This document shows positions 8,065 through 18,160 of a DNA stretch of 64,000 bases, piece by piece; position 1 is the stretch's first letter, and each line of letters starts with the position of its first letter. Origin of the DNA: Ignavibacteriaceae bacterium (GTDB lineage Bacteria; Bacteroidota; Ignavibacteria; Ignavibacteriales; Ignavibacteriaceae); contig JARLHC010000056.1 of assembly GCA_031292455.1 (NCBI GenBank), forward strand, positions 49,084 through 113,083, written 5' to 3'. The translations under genes and the position numbers were made by a program. The notes under the pieces are model-generated. The model was given only the letters and a program-made list of their open reading frames with translations. It was not told the DNA's origin and searched no databases.

Positions 8065-11000
8065 TGCTCAGAAAATTCTTTCAACTATTTATTGGTGAAA
8101 AAAAATACTTCTCAATAGTAATAGTAATTATTTTATGCATTTTTCTGTCTGCTTTAATCTCGCCGGTCCTGATTGACAGGATAATAAAGAATTGGAATAA
8201 CGACCTTCCTTCCTTAATTATTAAAACAGAATCTTCTTCTATAAATCTCTTCAAATCAAAAGAATCTAGCCTTGTTACTAAATCCCTCCATCTGAAGAAT
8301 TATATAAGAGAAAATTTAGAACCTCAGAATTTTTCCTATAGATCCCTGATAAAACTTGTTAACGATAAAGAATTTGAGGATTATTCCGTTGAAATTATTG
8401 CTCCTAATGGAACTATAATTGCCTGGAATAAAAAATTAGCTCTGCCTTCCGAAAATGTGTTCCCGCTGTCTAGACCTCTGGGAGAGGACTTCTTCTATAC
8501 CGGTGATTTAACTACTTATCTGTGCCTGGTAGATTCGCTTCATACTGAAAATGATAACTTTTATACTATCATTTCTTCCCCTGTGGAAAGACATTACTCC
8601 CTTCAGAATCAGTATTATTCCACTATAAGTTTAATTAAAGAATTATCTGATTCCTTTCTGACAGAATTTAATGTTATCTATAATCCTTTCGCTGAGGGTA
8701 CTAAGGATGGAAGATTCTTTTCCTTTGAACTCCTTAACAATAAAAACAATAAAATCGGAGAGGTTACTTTTGCTAAACCTATGCCCGATGTGACCTTAAA
8801 AGATATACGGGATGAAATCTCAAAGTTTCAGTCCGTGCTGGCGGCTTTGGGAATTATATTTTTAACTCTGGGATTTAGGGAAGATTTTAAGAAAATAAGA
8901 TATAATTCGATTCGCTTGTTTATAATTATGATTTATTGCGTCTCTATCAGAGTTTTGTTTTATATTATTAGTTTCCCGTCAAGTATTCTGGAAGGACGAA
9001 TAAAAGACCCCGCTTGCTTCTCCTCTGCATTTGCCGGCGGAATTGTTAAATCGCCCGTCGAATTATTTATTACTTCTGTTCTCCTCCTTTGGTTTTGCCT
9101 CCTCTTATTCAAATACATTATTCAATATACTAAATCAAAAAAAGAATCTAATCTCAATATTAAATTAATTCTGATATTGCTGGTTCCGTTTATTTTCTTC
9201 TTTTTGGCATCAATTAGAGGGCTTAATGCTGCCGTTAAAAGCATAATATTCGATTCTACTCTGAGATATTTTAAAGAACCAAACCTGATCCCTGACGCAC
9301 CTACGTTATTGATGGAATTGAATTTACTGATTATTGGGACTGCCCTTATTACAATACTGGTAAGTTACCTTCTCCTCTTTTTATCTTACGTGCCGAAAGA
9401 GAGTAAAAGTCTGAAAAATATTCTGTATTTGTTCTTAATAACCCAGATATCTGGTATAATCTATATAATTATTCAGAGCGAACCATTAATTACTCCGGTT
9501 TTATCCTTCCTTATCATTTCGGTTCTATTTATCCTGGCTTATTATATACATTTGAAGAAAATTGACTATGTCTATAACTTTCTTTTAGCTGCAATAGCAG
9601 GTTCGTTGATATCAATTACTCTCCTGATCCATTTCAATAGGGAACTTGAAAAGGAATCGTTAAAAACTACTGCAATGGAAATAAATCGTCCGAATGATAA
9701 CCTGCTTAGGTTTATGATCACTCAGACTTTGATGAATGCATCTAAAAATGATGATGTCATAACTGCCTTACTTAATAAACAATCAAATTACAATTCGCTT
9801 GCATTTAGGATTTGGTGCCAGAGTACTCTCCAGAAAGAATCTATTAATTCCTCTATTTCAATAATGGGACCTAATCAGAAAGTATTAGCTTCTTTCCAGG
9901 TCGGAGATATAAGTTTATCTGAAATTTATTCCTATGGGATATCAAATCTTACTACTGGCAATCCAGTAATCTTTGAAAAAAATGATGAACAGAAGAATAC
10001 TAAAATTATCTCCGGAATAGCTCCGGTTAATAATGATGGCCAGATCGTGGGCTATGTAGCAGCTCTTATTGAAATTGATAATCAAAGTATAGGTTCTGCC
10101 AATATCCCCGATTTTCTTGAATCACAAAAGAACTTGGTAAATACGGTCATTGACCCCAATCAATTAATGGTCCTTCACCTTGTTGACAATAAACTGGTCA
10201 GCGTAATCGGTGATGTTTATCCATCGATAGATCAGCTTGCACCTCTCTTTAAAATAATATATTCCGGTGATAACGAAGGCTGGGTAAGATTAAATATAAA
10301 TGGGGAAGATTATTTAACTTATTTATTAAAAGAAAATTCCAATAACGAAAAAAGCACAGCGGTACTGCTGAAAGTCAAAGATATATCATGGAATTTATTT
10401 AACTTTTTCAAGATATTCATTCTTCATAGCATATTCATGCTCATAGCTCTGACTGTAATAATATTCTATCGTATAAAAAATATTAAATATAGTTTTAGAA
10501 CACAGTTATTATTGGCTTTCCTTCTGGTTTCTCTTATTCCTATTCTCTTTCTCGCCGTTTATAATCGCCAGATTGTGTCCCAAAGAAGTGGGGAAGCTAT
10601 CGCTAATGAACTGCACGAAAGAGCAGATTATATTGAAAGAAACATTAATGTCCGGGTTAATCCTGACGAAGAGGATCTGAATCATAAATTTGAACAGGCA
10701 GGAAATGAACTTGGAATTACTTTTTCAGTCTATGATGAAAGTAATGAGATATACAGCTCCCAGGAACAATATTATAGCTCTGGCATATTCTCAAAGAAAT
10801 TAAATCCTAAAATATTCTACTATCTTAATTATCTGAGCTATCGTGAATATATAACTAAAGAAAATTTGGATAATTTTATTTATAATTCTTTTTATAAAAA
10901 AATCAGCGTAGGGGGGAAAAATTATATCCTCGGTGTGAACGATGCTTTTAATAAAGTTAAAATAAATTTTTCTGCTGTCGAAATTGATGTTTTTCTTTTC

Positions 11001-11897
11001 GGTATATATTCTTTTGCTATTTTAATTATAATCTTTCTAAGTACACTTCTTGCTGATAGAATTTCTTTCCCCATACGTAACCTTACAATGGCAATGTCTT
11101 CTGTTAAACAAGGCGACCTCAATGTCAATATATTGGGTAAAGAAAAGGGAGAGCTGAAAGATCTTATTAACGGCTTTAATTCAATGGTCGGCGAACTTAA
11201 GAATAATCAGAATGAATTGGCTGAGTTTGAAAGAGAAAAAGCATGGAAAGAAATGGCTAAACAGGTTGCACATGAAATTAAGAATCCCCTTACTCCCATG
11301 AAACTTTCTATGCAGCAGCTTATAATTTCATTTAAAGATAAAAAAGCTAATTTTGAAGAAATATTTGAAAAGCTATCAGCAACTATATTAAGCCAAATAG
11401 AAAACCTTAACCAGATCGCCTCCGAATTTTCAAGATTCGCCAGAATGCCCAGAATCAATCTTGAAGAAGTGGACCTTTTATCGGTTATCAAAGATACTGC
11501 AATGCTATATGCGGACGATAAATTAAATATTGAGATAAACAGCACCTTAACCTTGGTTAAAGTAGAAGCGGATATTGCCCAGATGCGGCGCCTGTTTATT
11601 AATTTAATCAGGAATTCCATTCAGGCATCCTCTACTCAGATCCGGTTCAGTATTCTTAAGGAAAATGACAATTATATGGTCTATATCGATGACAATGGCA
11701 AAGGTATTCCTCCTGAATATAAGAATAGAATTTTTGAAGAGAACTTCACTACCAAAACTATTGGGATGGGATTAGGTCTCAAATTAACAAAGAAATATCT
11801 CGAAGATATCAATGGTAGTATTATTCTTGTTGAGACTTCCCCAAATGGCACTAAATTTAATATACGTATACCAGCCGCCTTTAATCTCAGCTCATGA
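8064..11897 (+). CDS. Large polytopic sensor histidine kinase (NtrY-like HAMP-HisKA-HATPase C-terminus)
   Basis: 1277 aa with many hydrophobic helices in the first ~1000 aa. HAMP-like segment ISFPIRNLTMAMSSVKQGDL, H-box QVAHEIKNPLTPMKLS, N-box LFINLIRNSIQA, G-boxes IDDNGKGIP and GMGLGLKLTK. Confidence 0.85.
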   Translation: MLRKFFQLFIGEKKYFSIVIVIILCIFLSALISPVLIDRIIKNWNNDLPSLIIKTESSSINLFKSKESSLVTKSLHLKNYIRENLEPQNFSYRSLIKLVNDKEFEDYSVEIIAPNGTIIAWNKKLALPSENVFPLSRPLGEDFFYTGDLTTYLCLVDSLHTENDNFYTIISSPVERHYSLQNQYYSTISLIKELSDSFLTEFNVIYNPFAEGTKDGRFFSFELLNNKNNKIGEVTFAKPMPDVTLKDIRDEISKFQSVLAALGIIFLTLGFREDFKKIRYNSIRLFIIMIYCVSIRVLFYIISFPSSILEGRIKDPACFSSAFAGGIVKSPVELFITSVLLLWFCLLLFKYIIQYTKSKKESNLNIKLILILLVPFIFFFLASIRGLNAAVKSIIFDSTLRYFKEPNLIPDAPTLLMELNLLIIGTALITILVSYLLLFLSYVPKESKSLKNILYLFLITQISGIIYIIIQSEPLITPVLSFLIISVLFILAYYIHLKKIDYVYNFLLAAIAGSLISITLLIHFNRELEKESLKTTAMEINRPNDNLLRFMITQTLMNASKNDDVITALLNKQSNYNSLAFRIWCQSTLQKESINSSISIMGPNQKVLASFQVGDISLSEIYSYGISNLTTGNPVIFEKNDEQKNTKIISGIAPVNNDGQIVGYVAALIEIDNQSIGSANIPDFLESQKNLVNTVIDPNQLMVLHLVDNKLVSVIGDVYPSIDQLAPLFKIIYSGDNEGWVRLNINGEDYLTYLLKENSNNEKSTAVLLKVKDISWNLFNFFKIFILHSIFMLIALTVIIFYRIKNIKYSFRTQLLLAFLLVSLIPILFLAVYNRQIVSQRSGEAIANELHERADYIERNINVRVNPDEEDLNHKFEQAGNELGITFSVYDESNEIYSSQEQYYSSGIFSKKLNPKIFYYLNYLSYREYITKENLDNFIYNSFYKKISVGGKNYILGVNDAFNKVKINFSAVEIDVFLFGIYSFAILIIIFLSTLLADRISFPIRNLTMAMSSVKQGDLNVNILGKEKGELKDLINGFNSMVGELKNNQNELAEFEREKAWKEMAKQVAHEIKNPLTPMKLSMQQLIISFKDKKANFEEIFEKLSATILSQIENLNQIASEFSRFARMPRINLEEVDLLSVIKDTAMLYADDKLNIEINSTLTLVKVEADIAQMRRLFINLIRNSIQASSTQIRFSILKENDNYMVYIDDNGKGIPPEYKNRIFEENFTTKTIGMGLGLKLTKKYLEDINGSIILVETSPNGTKFNIRIPAAFNLSS

Positions 11898-14800
11898 AAA
11901 ACCTTACTCCTCATCAGCAGATTGCATTAAATTACCATAACCATATCTCCCTTAACGCTAATGCAGGGTCAGGGAAAACTTTCGTCCTCTCCAAAAGATA
12001 TGTAGAGATCGCCCTTAATGAAAAAATTCCTCTGAATAAAATTGTAGCAATCACCTTTACCGATAAGGCGGCAAGTGAACTTTATAAAAAAATATCTAAT
12101 TGTATTGAAGAATTATTAACAATTTCTGTAAATAAATCCGATATCAGGCAGCTCGAAAGCTTAAGACGGCAGCTTATCTCCGCCAATATATCCACTATTC
12201 ACTCTTTCTGCCTTAATATTTTAAGGGAATTTCCTGTTGAGGCAGAACTTGATGCCAATATTATCCCTATTAATGAAAAATTGTCAACTGAATTGATTGA
12301 AATGTCGGTTGATAAGATGATAAAAGAATCTTTGGAAAATGATGATCAGGAAAGAATAAAGAAACTCATTAGGATGTTTTCGTCAAAAGGGCTCCTGTCA
12401 ACTGAACTGGAATCTTTAGTTAAAAATTATACAAAAGTGATTTTTATTGAGGATAGGATCTACTCTAAATCCCCCGAAGAAATAATTGAATATTATAATT
12501 ATATTATTGATGAATATTTTGACAAGCTGATTGGCTCACGGATTACACTTATTTATAATGACTTTATTCGAATAAATAATATTGTCCTCTCTGATAAACC
12601 GGATAATGCCACGGCTCTTAATGCCTCTCCTCTTATAAACAGACTTAATCAGGAACTGCAAAAAAATGAACTGATCAAAACACTTTCTGAACTGAGAAAA
12701 ATGCTCTTTACAAAAGCAGGCAAAATATCCGCTAAGGGATACCTTAAAGGAACATTGAGAGAAGATTTTCAAAATGAATGTGAAGAGATTGAGCTTTTCT
12801 TTGATGAGCTGGATATTTTTACTCCCGGTGAAAATGAATATGAGACTTGGAGAAAGTTATCCTTGTTCGGAAAAGAAATACTCTACTTCTTCAGAAAATC
12901 CCTGTCTGTCTATGAAGAATTAAAATCTGAAAATGGATATCTTGACTATGAAGACATCCTCTATAAAACATATAATATTCTTAAAAACCCTGTGGTAAGC
13001 GAATACCTTGGTGACAAATACCAGTATTTAATGATTGATGAATATCAGGACACTAATGAACTTCAGTATAATATCTTTCTGCCCCTTCTGGATAATCTTA
13101 AAAGAGGCAATTTGCTCGTAGTGGGAGATGAAAAGCAGAGCATTTATATGTTTCGCGAGGCTGAGCTCGAAGTATTCCGCAAAACCAGGGAGGATATTTC
13201 CGGCATATCCGGTGTTGCCAGCCTTCTTACTCTGCCCGATAGTTTCAGAATGAACCAGGAGCTCTGTCTCTTTACTAATAGTCTGTTTAAAAATTTGTTT
13301 CATATCCCTGATCCTCTGTTTAATGAAGTAGAACATTCGGACCTAATCTGTGCCCGGAATGAAGATGATCATGGCAAGGTGGAATTCTTATTCAATCACC
13401 TTGCAGAACAGAATTCTGATTTAGAATCTGATTTGGTAGTTAAAAGACTGGTCAACCTGGTTAATAATGAAAATGGAAAATATAAATGGGGAGATTTAAC
13501 CGTCCTCTGCAGAAAAAGAAAATCGTTTTCTGAACTTGAAAAGAAATTTGCCGAATATAAAGTCCCGTTTATTATTATGGGCGGGAAGGAATTTTATCAA
13601 AGACAGTCTGTCTATGATATTTATAATTATTTCTCTTTCTTATTGGATAATAATAATGATACTGCCCTGATAGGTTTGCTGCGATCTCCCTTTTTCGCTT
13701 TTTCTGATGACGATATTTATAAATTGTCATTATATGATGGTTGGACCTACTGGCAGAAAATTGCTAAGATTAAAAACGAAGAGCAAAGATGGGAGAGTGC
13801 ATATCGGCTATTAAATGAAAATACACTGCTCTCTAAGGATATTGACTTTTCTGTTTTATTCAGAAAGTTATTAAAAGAATCAAACTTTATCCCAATAATG
13901 GCCTCCAGACCAGATGGCATTCAGGAAATAGCTAATATTGAAAAACTCATTTCGCTAACTTCCGATTTTATGAAAGAAGGGTATAAGACCCTTTACGATT
14001 TTGTAAATTATCTTAAACTCTCCATCGAAGAGAAAGATGACGAACCTCAGGCCCCTATATCCGAAGAATCGGATGCTGTTAAGATTATGACTCTCCACCA
14101 GGCGAAAGGTCTGGAATTTCCGGTTGTTGTTCTTTATAAATGCAATGAAACAACAATAAAATCAGTTATCAAATCCAAAAAAATTCTGGCTGATAAAACA
14201 TTTGGTCTATTAACTAAAATCCCTTTGCACAACGATTATTATACTTCCTATCTCTCTACTTCTATAAATTCACTCAGCGAATTTATCTCTGATAAAAAAG
14301 GAATGGCAGAAACTAAGAGATTGCTGTATGTTGGAATAACTCGGGCTCAGGAACATCTAATAATATCTTTTGAATCAAACAAAGAAATTAAATTACAAAA
14401 TGGCTCCTTTATATGGCTTCTGCAAAAAGGTTTCGGAATTGATTTTAACCGGGAGATGTTCACAGTTCAGGGAAGTCTTACTTTTCTTGTAAACAATGAG
14501 GGAAATTACCTCAATAAAGAAAAATTATTATCTTTCAATATCCCCATCATTAAAGATGTTCAGATTGTCAATCCGGTCCCCAATGTTATCCCGGTGGCTC
14601 CTGATAAGTATTCCCTGGTAAATACTATAGAAGATCATATTTCCGGTGAAATAATATCTGCTACACGATTCTCTGTTTTTAGTCAATGTCCTATGAAGTA
14701 TTATCTGCGGTTTGAGGTAGGATTAAATTTAATCAATGAATTTAGTCCTCTTCTTGATAAGATTGATGCCGGAAGCAATAATGACGTGGATGGCAGCCTC

Positions 14801-15418
14801 AAAGGAAGAATTATCCACAGCTTGCTTGAGAAAAATATTAAAAGAGAAAACCTACCCGGGCAGACTAACATTATATTAGAAAAAGAAAAAATACCTCCCG
14901 TTGAGAAAAAAATTCTGCTGAATGAAATTATTAAGGATCTGGATAAATATTTCTCTTCAGATAAACACAGGGAGATAGTTTCATTCCCTAATTTTAAGAA
15001 TGAATTTGAAGTATATCTTAAATTGGATGAGTTCTATTTGTATGGAAGGATTGATAAGGTAATTTTTGATGATAATAAGATTAAAATAATCGATTATAAA
15101 ACTGATAATATTTCCCCTGGTTATGTAAAAAACCGAACTGCTCAATATCTGTCGCAGGTAAAATTTTATTCCTTTATATTGAGCAGGCTTTACCCCCACG
15201 TACATCTCTATGAATTGCAGATAGTTTTTATTAAAAACCCCGATGCTACTATAAATATTGAAATAAATGATGATGATTTCTCTGCAATTGAAAATGAAAT
15301 AATAAAAATGATCGATTCCCTAAGAAACCGGGATTTTATTCCAAATATTAATCAATGCCGGAATTGTATTTATTCTGCTAATAAAATAAAATGTATTAAA
15401 GAATATATATCTCCTTAG
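11894..15418 (+). CDS. UvrD/AddA-like superfamily-1 helicase fused to a PD-(D/E)XK nuclease with a Cys4 (Fe-S type) cluster
   Basis: Helicase motifs: ANAGSGKTFVL (Walker A), MIDEYQDTN, TLHQAKGLEFPVV, LLYVGITRAQ. C-terminal nuclease: GRIDKV...IIDYKT. Cysteines: SQCPMKYY ... QCRNCIYSANKIKC. The start overlaps the kinase stop (ATGA at 11894-11897). Confidence 0.85.
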   Translation: MKNLTPHQQIALNYHNHISLNANAGSGKTFVLSKRYVEIALNEKIPLNKIVAITFTDKAASELYKKISNCIEELLTISVNKSDIRQLESLRRQLISANISTIHSFCLNILREFPVEAELDANIIPINEKLSTELIEMSVDKMIKESLENDDQERIKKLIRMFSSKGLLSTELESLVKNYTKVIFIEDRIYSKSPEEIIEYYNYIIDEYFDKLIGSRITLIYNDFIRINNIVLSDKPDNATALNASPLINRLNQELQKNELIKTLSELRKMLFTKAGKISAKGYLKGTLREDFQNECEEIELFFDELDIFTPGENEYETWRKLSLFGKEILYFFRKSLSVYEELKSENGYLDYEDILYKTYNILKNPVVSEYLGDKYQYLMIDEYQDTNELQYNIFLPLLDNLKRGNLLVVGDEKQSIYMFREAELEVFRKTREDISGISGVASLLTLPDSFRMNQELCLFTNSLFKNLFHIPDPLFNEVEHSDLICARNEDDHGKVEFLFNHLAEQNSDLESDLVVKRLVNLVNNENGKYKWGDLTVLCRKRKSFSELEKKFAEYKVPFIIMGGKEFYQRQSVYDIYNYFSFLLDNNNDTALIGLLRSPFFAFSDDDIYKLSLYDGWTYWQKIAKIKNEEQRWESAYRLLNENTLLSKDIDFSVLFRKLLKESNFIPIMASRPDGIQEIANIEKLISLTSDFMKEGYKTLYDFVNYLKLSIEEKDDEPQAPISEESDAVKIMTLHQAKGLEFPVVVLYKCNETTIKSVIKSKKILADKTFGLLTKIPLHNDYYTSYLSTSINSLSEFISDKKGMAETKRLLYVGITRAQEHLIISFESNKEIKLQNGSFIWLLQKGFGIDFNREMFTVQGSLTFLVNNEGNYLNKEKLLSFNIPIIKDVQIVNPVPNVIPVAPDKYSLVNTIEDHISGEIISATRFSVFSQCPMKYYLRFEVGLNLINEFSPLLDKIDAGSNNDVDGSLKGRIIHSLLEKNIKRENLPGQTNIILEKEKIPPVEKKILLNEIIKDLDKYFSSDKHREIVSFPNFKNEFEVYLKLDEFYLYGRIDKVIFDDNKIKIIDYKTDNISPGYVKNRTAQYLSQVKFYSFILSRLYPHVHLYELQIVFIKNPDATINIEINDDDFSAIENEIIKMIDSLRNRDFIPNINQCRNCIYSANKIKCIKEYISP

Positions 15419-15450
15419 GCATATTCGTCATTATATAAAACAATAGAGTA

Positions 15451-15478
15451 TTGACAAATTGAAACTTATATGTAATAT
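15451..15478 (+). promoter_or_regulatory. Sigma-70-like promoter candidate, TTGACA-16 nt-TAATAT
   Basis: A perfect -35 TTGACA at 15451-15456, a 16-nt spacer and TAATAT at 15473-15478. The ATG at 15488 follows only 9 nt later. Confidence 0.3.
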
Positions 15479-15487
15479 GGAAAATAA

Positions 15488-16534
15488 ATGAAATTCTGTA
15501 TCTCCATGGCATTACCGTTACTATTTTTATTCGTTGGTTGTGGATCTTCGGAAAAAACTGTATACGTATTACCCATTGAATTTCGCATACCGGCAAAAAA
15601 ATCAGACTTTATTAAATCCTATTCTCCATATATTCAAGGGAAGAAGTTCTTTCTCGATCCTGGACATGGGGGTAATGATAGAAATAATGTCGGATATAAA
15701 GGTACTGCTGTTGAAGCCGACGTAAATCTTAATGTTGCTCTTGCTCTTAGAACATTTATTATTGAAGCAGGTGGTATTGTGCAGCTTTCAAGGAATAAGG
15801 ACACTTCTGTCGATCTTAAAGATAGATCAGCTATGGCTAATAAAAGTGGCGCAGATTTCTTTATTAGCATTCATCATAATGCTCCTGGTCAAAAGGAGGA
15901 CATCTGGACTAATTATACTTCCGCATATTATCATGCAACTGATTCGGATTATTCGTTCGAACCTTGCCAGAAAGATCTCGCTAAATATATCCAGCGCGAT
16001 CTCGCTTATGCTATGCGGAACTCTGGTGGCCCTGGTTCATTCGACGGTACCTATTCCGATTATAGTATCTATCCCTCACAGGGGTTCTCTGTGCTTAGAC
16101 TTGCAAAAATACCTGCCATACTTGTGGAATGTGGCTTCACTACTAGTGAGTTTGAATCCCATAGGATTACATTAAATGAATTTAATATGATAGAAGCTTG
16201 GGGCATTTTTAGGGGGATATGTAGATACCTTGCTAATGGAATACCCGATATTAAGTTTATAAAATCATTAAATGATACCTCCTCTCAAAATATCAATTTG
16301 TATTTCGGGATAAAAGATCCTGCCGGAATTGATTTGAAATCAATAAAAATATATATCGATTCCGTTTCCTATGGTTACTTTACTTTCAACCCAATGAAGA
16401 ATCTACTCTTAATTAATTATCCGGTCGGTAATTACGGCAGTCATACTATTAAAATTATCGCTTCAAATAATAAGGGGAATTATGCATTTCCATTTTATTA
16501 TAATATCTTTGTTGAAAATAAAACAGGAAATTAA
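15488..16534 (+). CDS. N-acetylmuramoyl-L-alanine amidase (Amidase_3) lipoprotein with C-terminal Ig-like domain
   Basis: Lipobox LFVGCGS. Amidase_3 motifs: LDPGHGGNDRN, ADVNLNVALAL, ADFFISIHHNA, ILVECGF. Confidence 0.85.
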   Translation: MKFCISMALPLLFLFVGCGSSEKTVYVLPIEFRIPAKKSDFIKSYSPYIQGKKFFLDPGHGGNDRNNVGYKGTAVEADVNLNVALALRTFIIEAGGIVQLSRNKDTSVDLKDRSAMANKSGADFFISIHHNAPGQKEDIWTNYTSAYYHATDSDYSFEPCQKDLAKYIQRDLAYAMRNSGGPGSFDGTYSDYSIYPSQGFSVLRLAKIPAILVECGFTTSEFESHRITLNEFNMIEAWGIFRGICRYLANGIPDIKFIKSLNDTSSQNINLYFGIKDPAGIDLKSIKIYIDSVSYGYFTFNPMKNLLLINYPVGNYGSHTIKIIASNNKGNYAFPFYYNIFVENKTGN

Positions 16535-18156
16535 TGCTTAACTATATCTGGATTGCATTGCTGTTCCTTGGAATAGGCGCTGCATTATCTACTGATATAA
16601 TAAACAAAACTGAAAATAAGTACAGGAATAATGACCCCCTTCCTGTTATTATTCAATCTGACTCGGCTTTTAACAAATTCCCCTCTGCACTAACCTCTGT
16701 AAGAATTACTGTTACTAAAACCAGCTATAATAATTTCTATAAAGATAAAATTGATCATGATCTGATCTTTCCCGCTGCGGTTAAATACAACAATAAAATC
16801 AATCAATACTCTGCCCATTTTATAATTGATAAAAATTATCCTCCGATATGGCAGGATATTGCCTCCGCTTCAGGGGATAAAAATGATATATCAGCTTCCT
16901 TGGTCTTTAACCGTAACATCAATGATTCTTCAGCAGCTGCAGGGATGGTTCTGGAAAATGTATCTTTCATTAAAATGAAAGATATTACTAATGCTGCGTT
17001 GGAATATGCTGGCACTGCCGTAAATATCGCCATTGGTCTGATCGGTATTATGGCATTATGGCTTGGTATAATGAAGGTTGCTGAATCAGCAGGTCTGATT
17101 AACCTTATCGCTTCATGGCTTAAACCACTTACCCGCCGACTCTTCCCCGATGTCCCGCCCGATCATCCTGCTATGGGCGCTATGATTATGAATATGTCGG
17201 CAAATATGCTGGGACTTGGGAATGCGGCTACTCCCTTCGGATTAAAAGCTATGGAAGAACTCGATACTCTTAACCCGGATAAAGGAACCGCTACTAATTC
17301 AATGGTTACTTTCCTGGCTATAAATACAGCAGGGATGACATTAATTCCTGCCAGCGCTATTGCTATTAGAGCTGCTTCTGGTAGCTCCGACCCCGCAATT
17401 ATTATTGGTACCTCTTTATTCGGTTCATTCTGTGCAACTGTTGCTGGTGTTCTGGCAGCAAAACTACTGGAAAATTTATCGTTGGGATTCAAAAAATGGT
17501 ATAAGGACAATATTAAATTACTTGTTGCCCTCTTTATTATAATTGGATTAATTGCATCCTTTGCTTTTATTCCTGGTCTTAAAAGCGTTGCAAATGTATT
17601 CTCTCTTTTCCCTGCTGATACACTTAAGAACATAATTCAGTTCCTTTCAATCGCGGCTATTCCATTCTTAATTGTCTTTTTTATAGGATACGGTGTCTTC
17701 AAAAAAGTAAAGGTGTATGATCAGTTTGTGGACGGAGCTAAGGAAGGCTTTAATATCGCAATAAGAATACTTCCTTATCTGCTGGCTATCCTGGTGGCCA
17801 TCGGCATTTTCAGAGCTGGCGGTGCTATGCAGTGGCTTATAAGCATTCTTACACCGGTGACTAATTTGATCGGCATGCCGGCCGAAGCTCTGCCTATGGC
17901 TTTAATGCGTCCTCTTTCGGGAAGTGGTTCTTTAGGCATTATGTCTGAAGTGATTAAAGTCCATGGACCCGATTCATTTATTGGGATATTGGTCTCTACT
18001 TTCTACGGAAGTACTGAAACTACTTTTTATGTCCTCGCTGTTTATTTCGGTGCAGTAAATATTAAGAATACAAGACATGCTGTACCTGCTGGACTTGTCG
18101 CCGATATTTGCGGCATCCTGGGGGCATTATTTATTGTTAAACTATTATTTAGCTGA
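16534..18156 (+). CDS. Nucleoside-recognition (Gate) domain membrane protein, SpmA/SpmB-like fusion
   Basis: 540 aa. N-terminus MLNYIWIALLFLGI. The segment LFPDVPPDHPAMGAMIMNMSANMLGLGNAATPFGLKAMEEL matches SpmA-like proteins. A second Gate-like half reads MRPLSGSGSLGIM. The start overlaps the amidase stop (TAATG). Confidence 0.75.
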   Translation: MLNYIWIALLFLGIGAALSTDIINKTENKYRNNDPLPVIIQSDSAFNKFPSALTSVRITVTKTSYNNFYKDKIDHDLIFPAAVKYNNKINQYSAHFIIDKNYPPIWQDIASASGDKNDISASLVFNRNINDSSAAAGMVLENVSFIKMKDITNAALEYAGTAVNIAIGLIGIMALWLGIMKVAESAGLINLIASWLKPLTRRLFPDVPPDHPAMGAMIMNMSANMLGLGNAATPFGLKAMEELDTLNPDKGTATNSMVTFLAINTAGMTLIPASAIAIRAASGSSDPAIIIGTSLFGSFCATVAGVLAAKLLENLSLGFKKWYKDNIKLLVALFIIIGLIASFAFIPGLKSVANVFSLFPADTLKNIIQFLSIAAIPFLIVFFIGYGVFKKVKVYDQFVDGAKEGFNIAIRILPYLLAILVAIGIFRAGGAMQWLISILTPVTNLIGMPAEALPMALMRPLSGSGSLGIMSEVIKVHGPDSFIGILVSTFYGSTETTFYVLAVYFGAVNIKNTRHAVPAGLVADICGILGALFIVKLLFS

Positions 18157-18160
18157 AAAT

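Noticed and set aside
14811-14819. Perfect DnaA-box sequence TTATCCACA
   Set aside because: It is a single copy inside the helicase coding region. There is no cluster of boxes, no AT-rich unwinding element and no dnaA/dnaN nearby, so it is not an origin.
17163-17633. 156-aa ORF antisense to the SpmA/B-like gene, and the 137-aa ORF 11207-11620 antisense to the kinase
   Set aside because: Both are shadow ORFs inside well-supported genes, with no signal or domain motifs.
18077-18160. Listed upstream start (18077) of the 2-hydroxyacid dehydrogenase ORF
   Set aside because: The extension overlaps the last 80 nt of the preceding gene and encodes non-homologous residues. The ATG at 18161 (MEVLITREIP) fits the family N-terminus.
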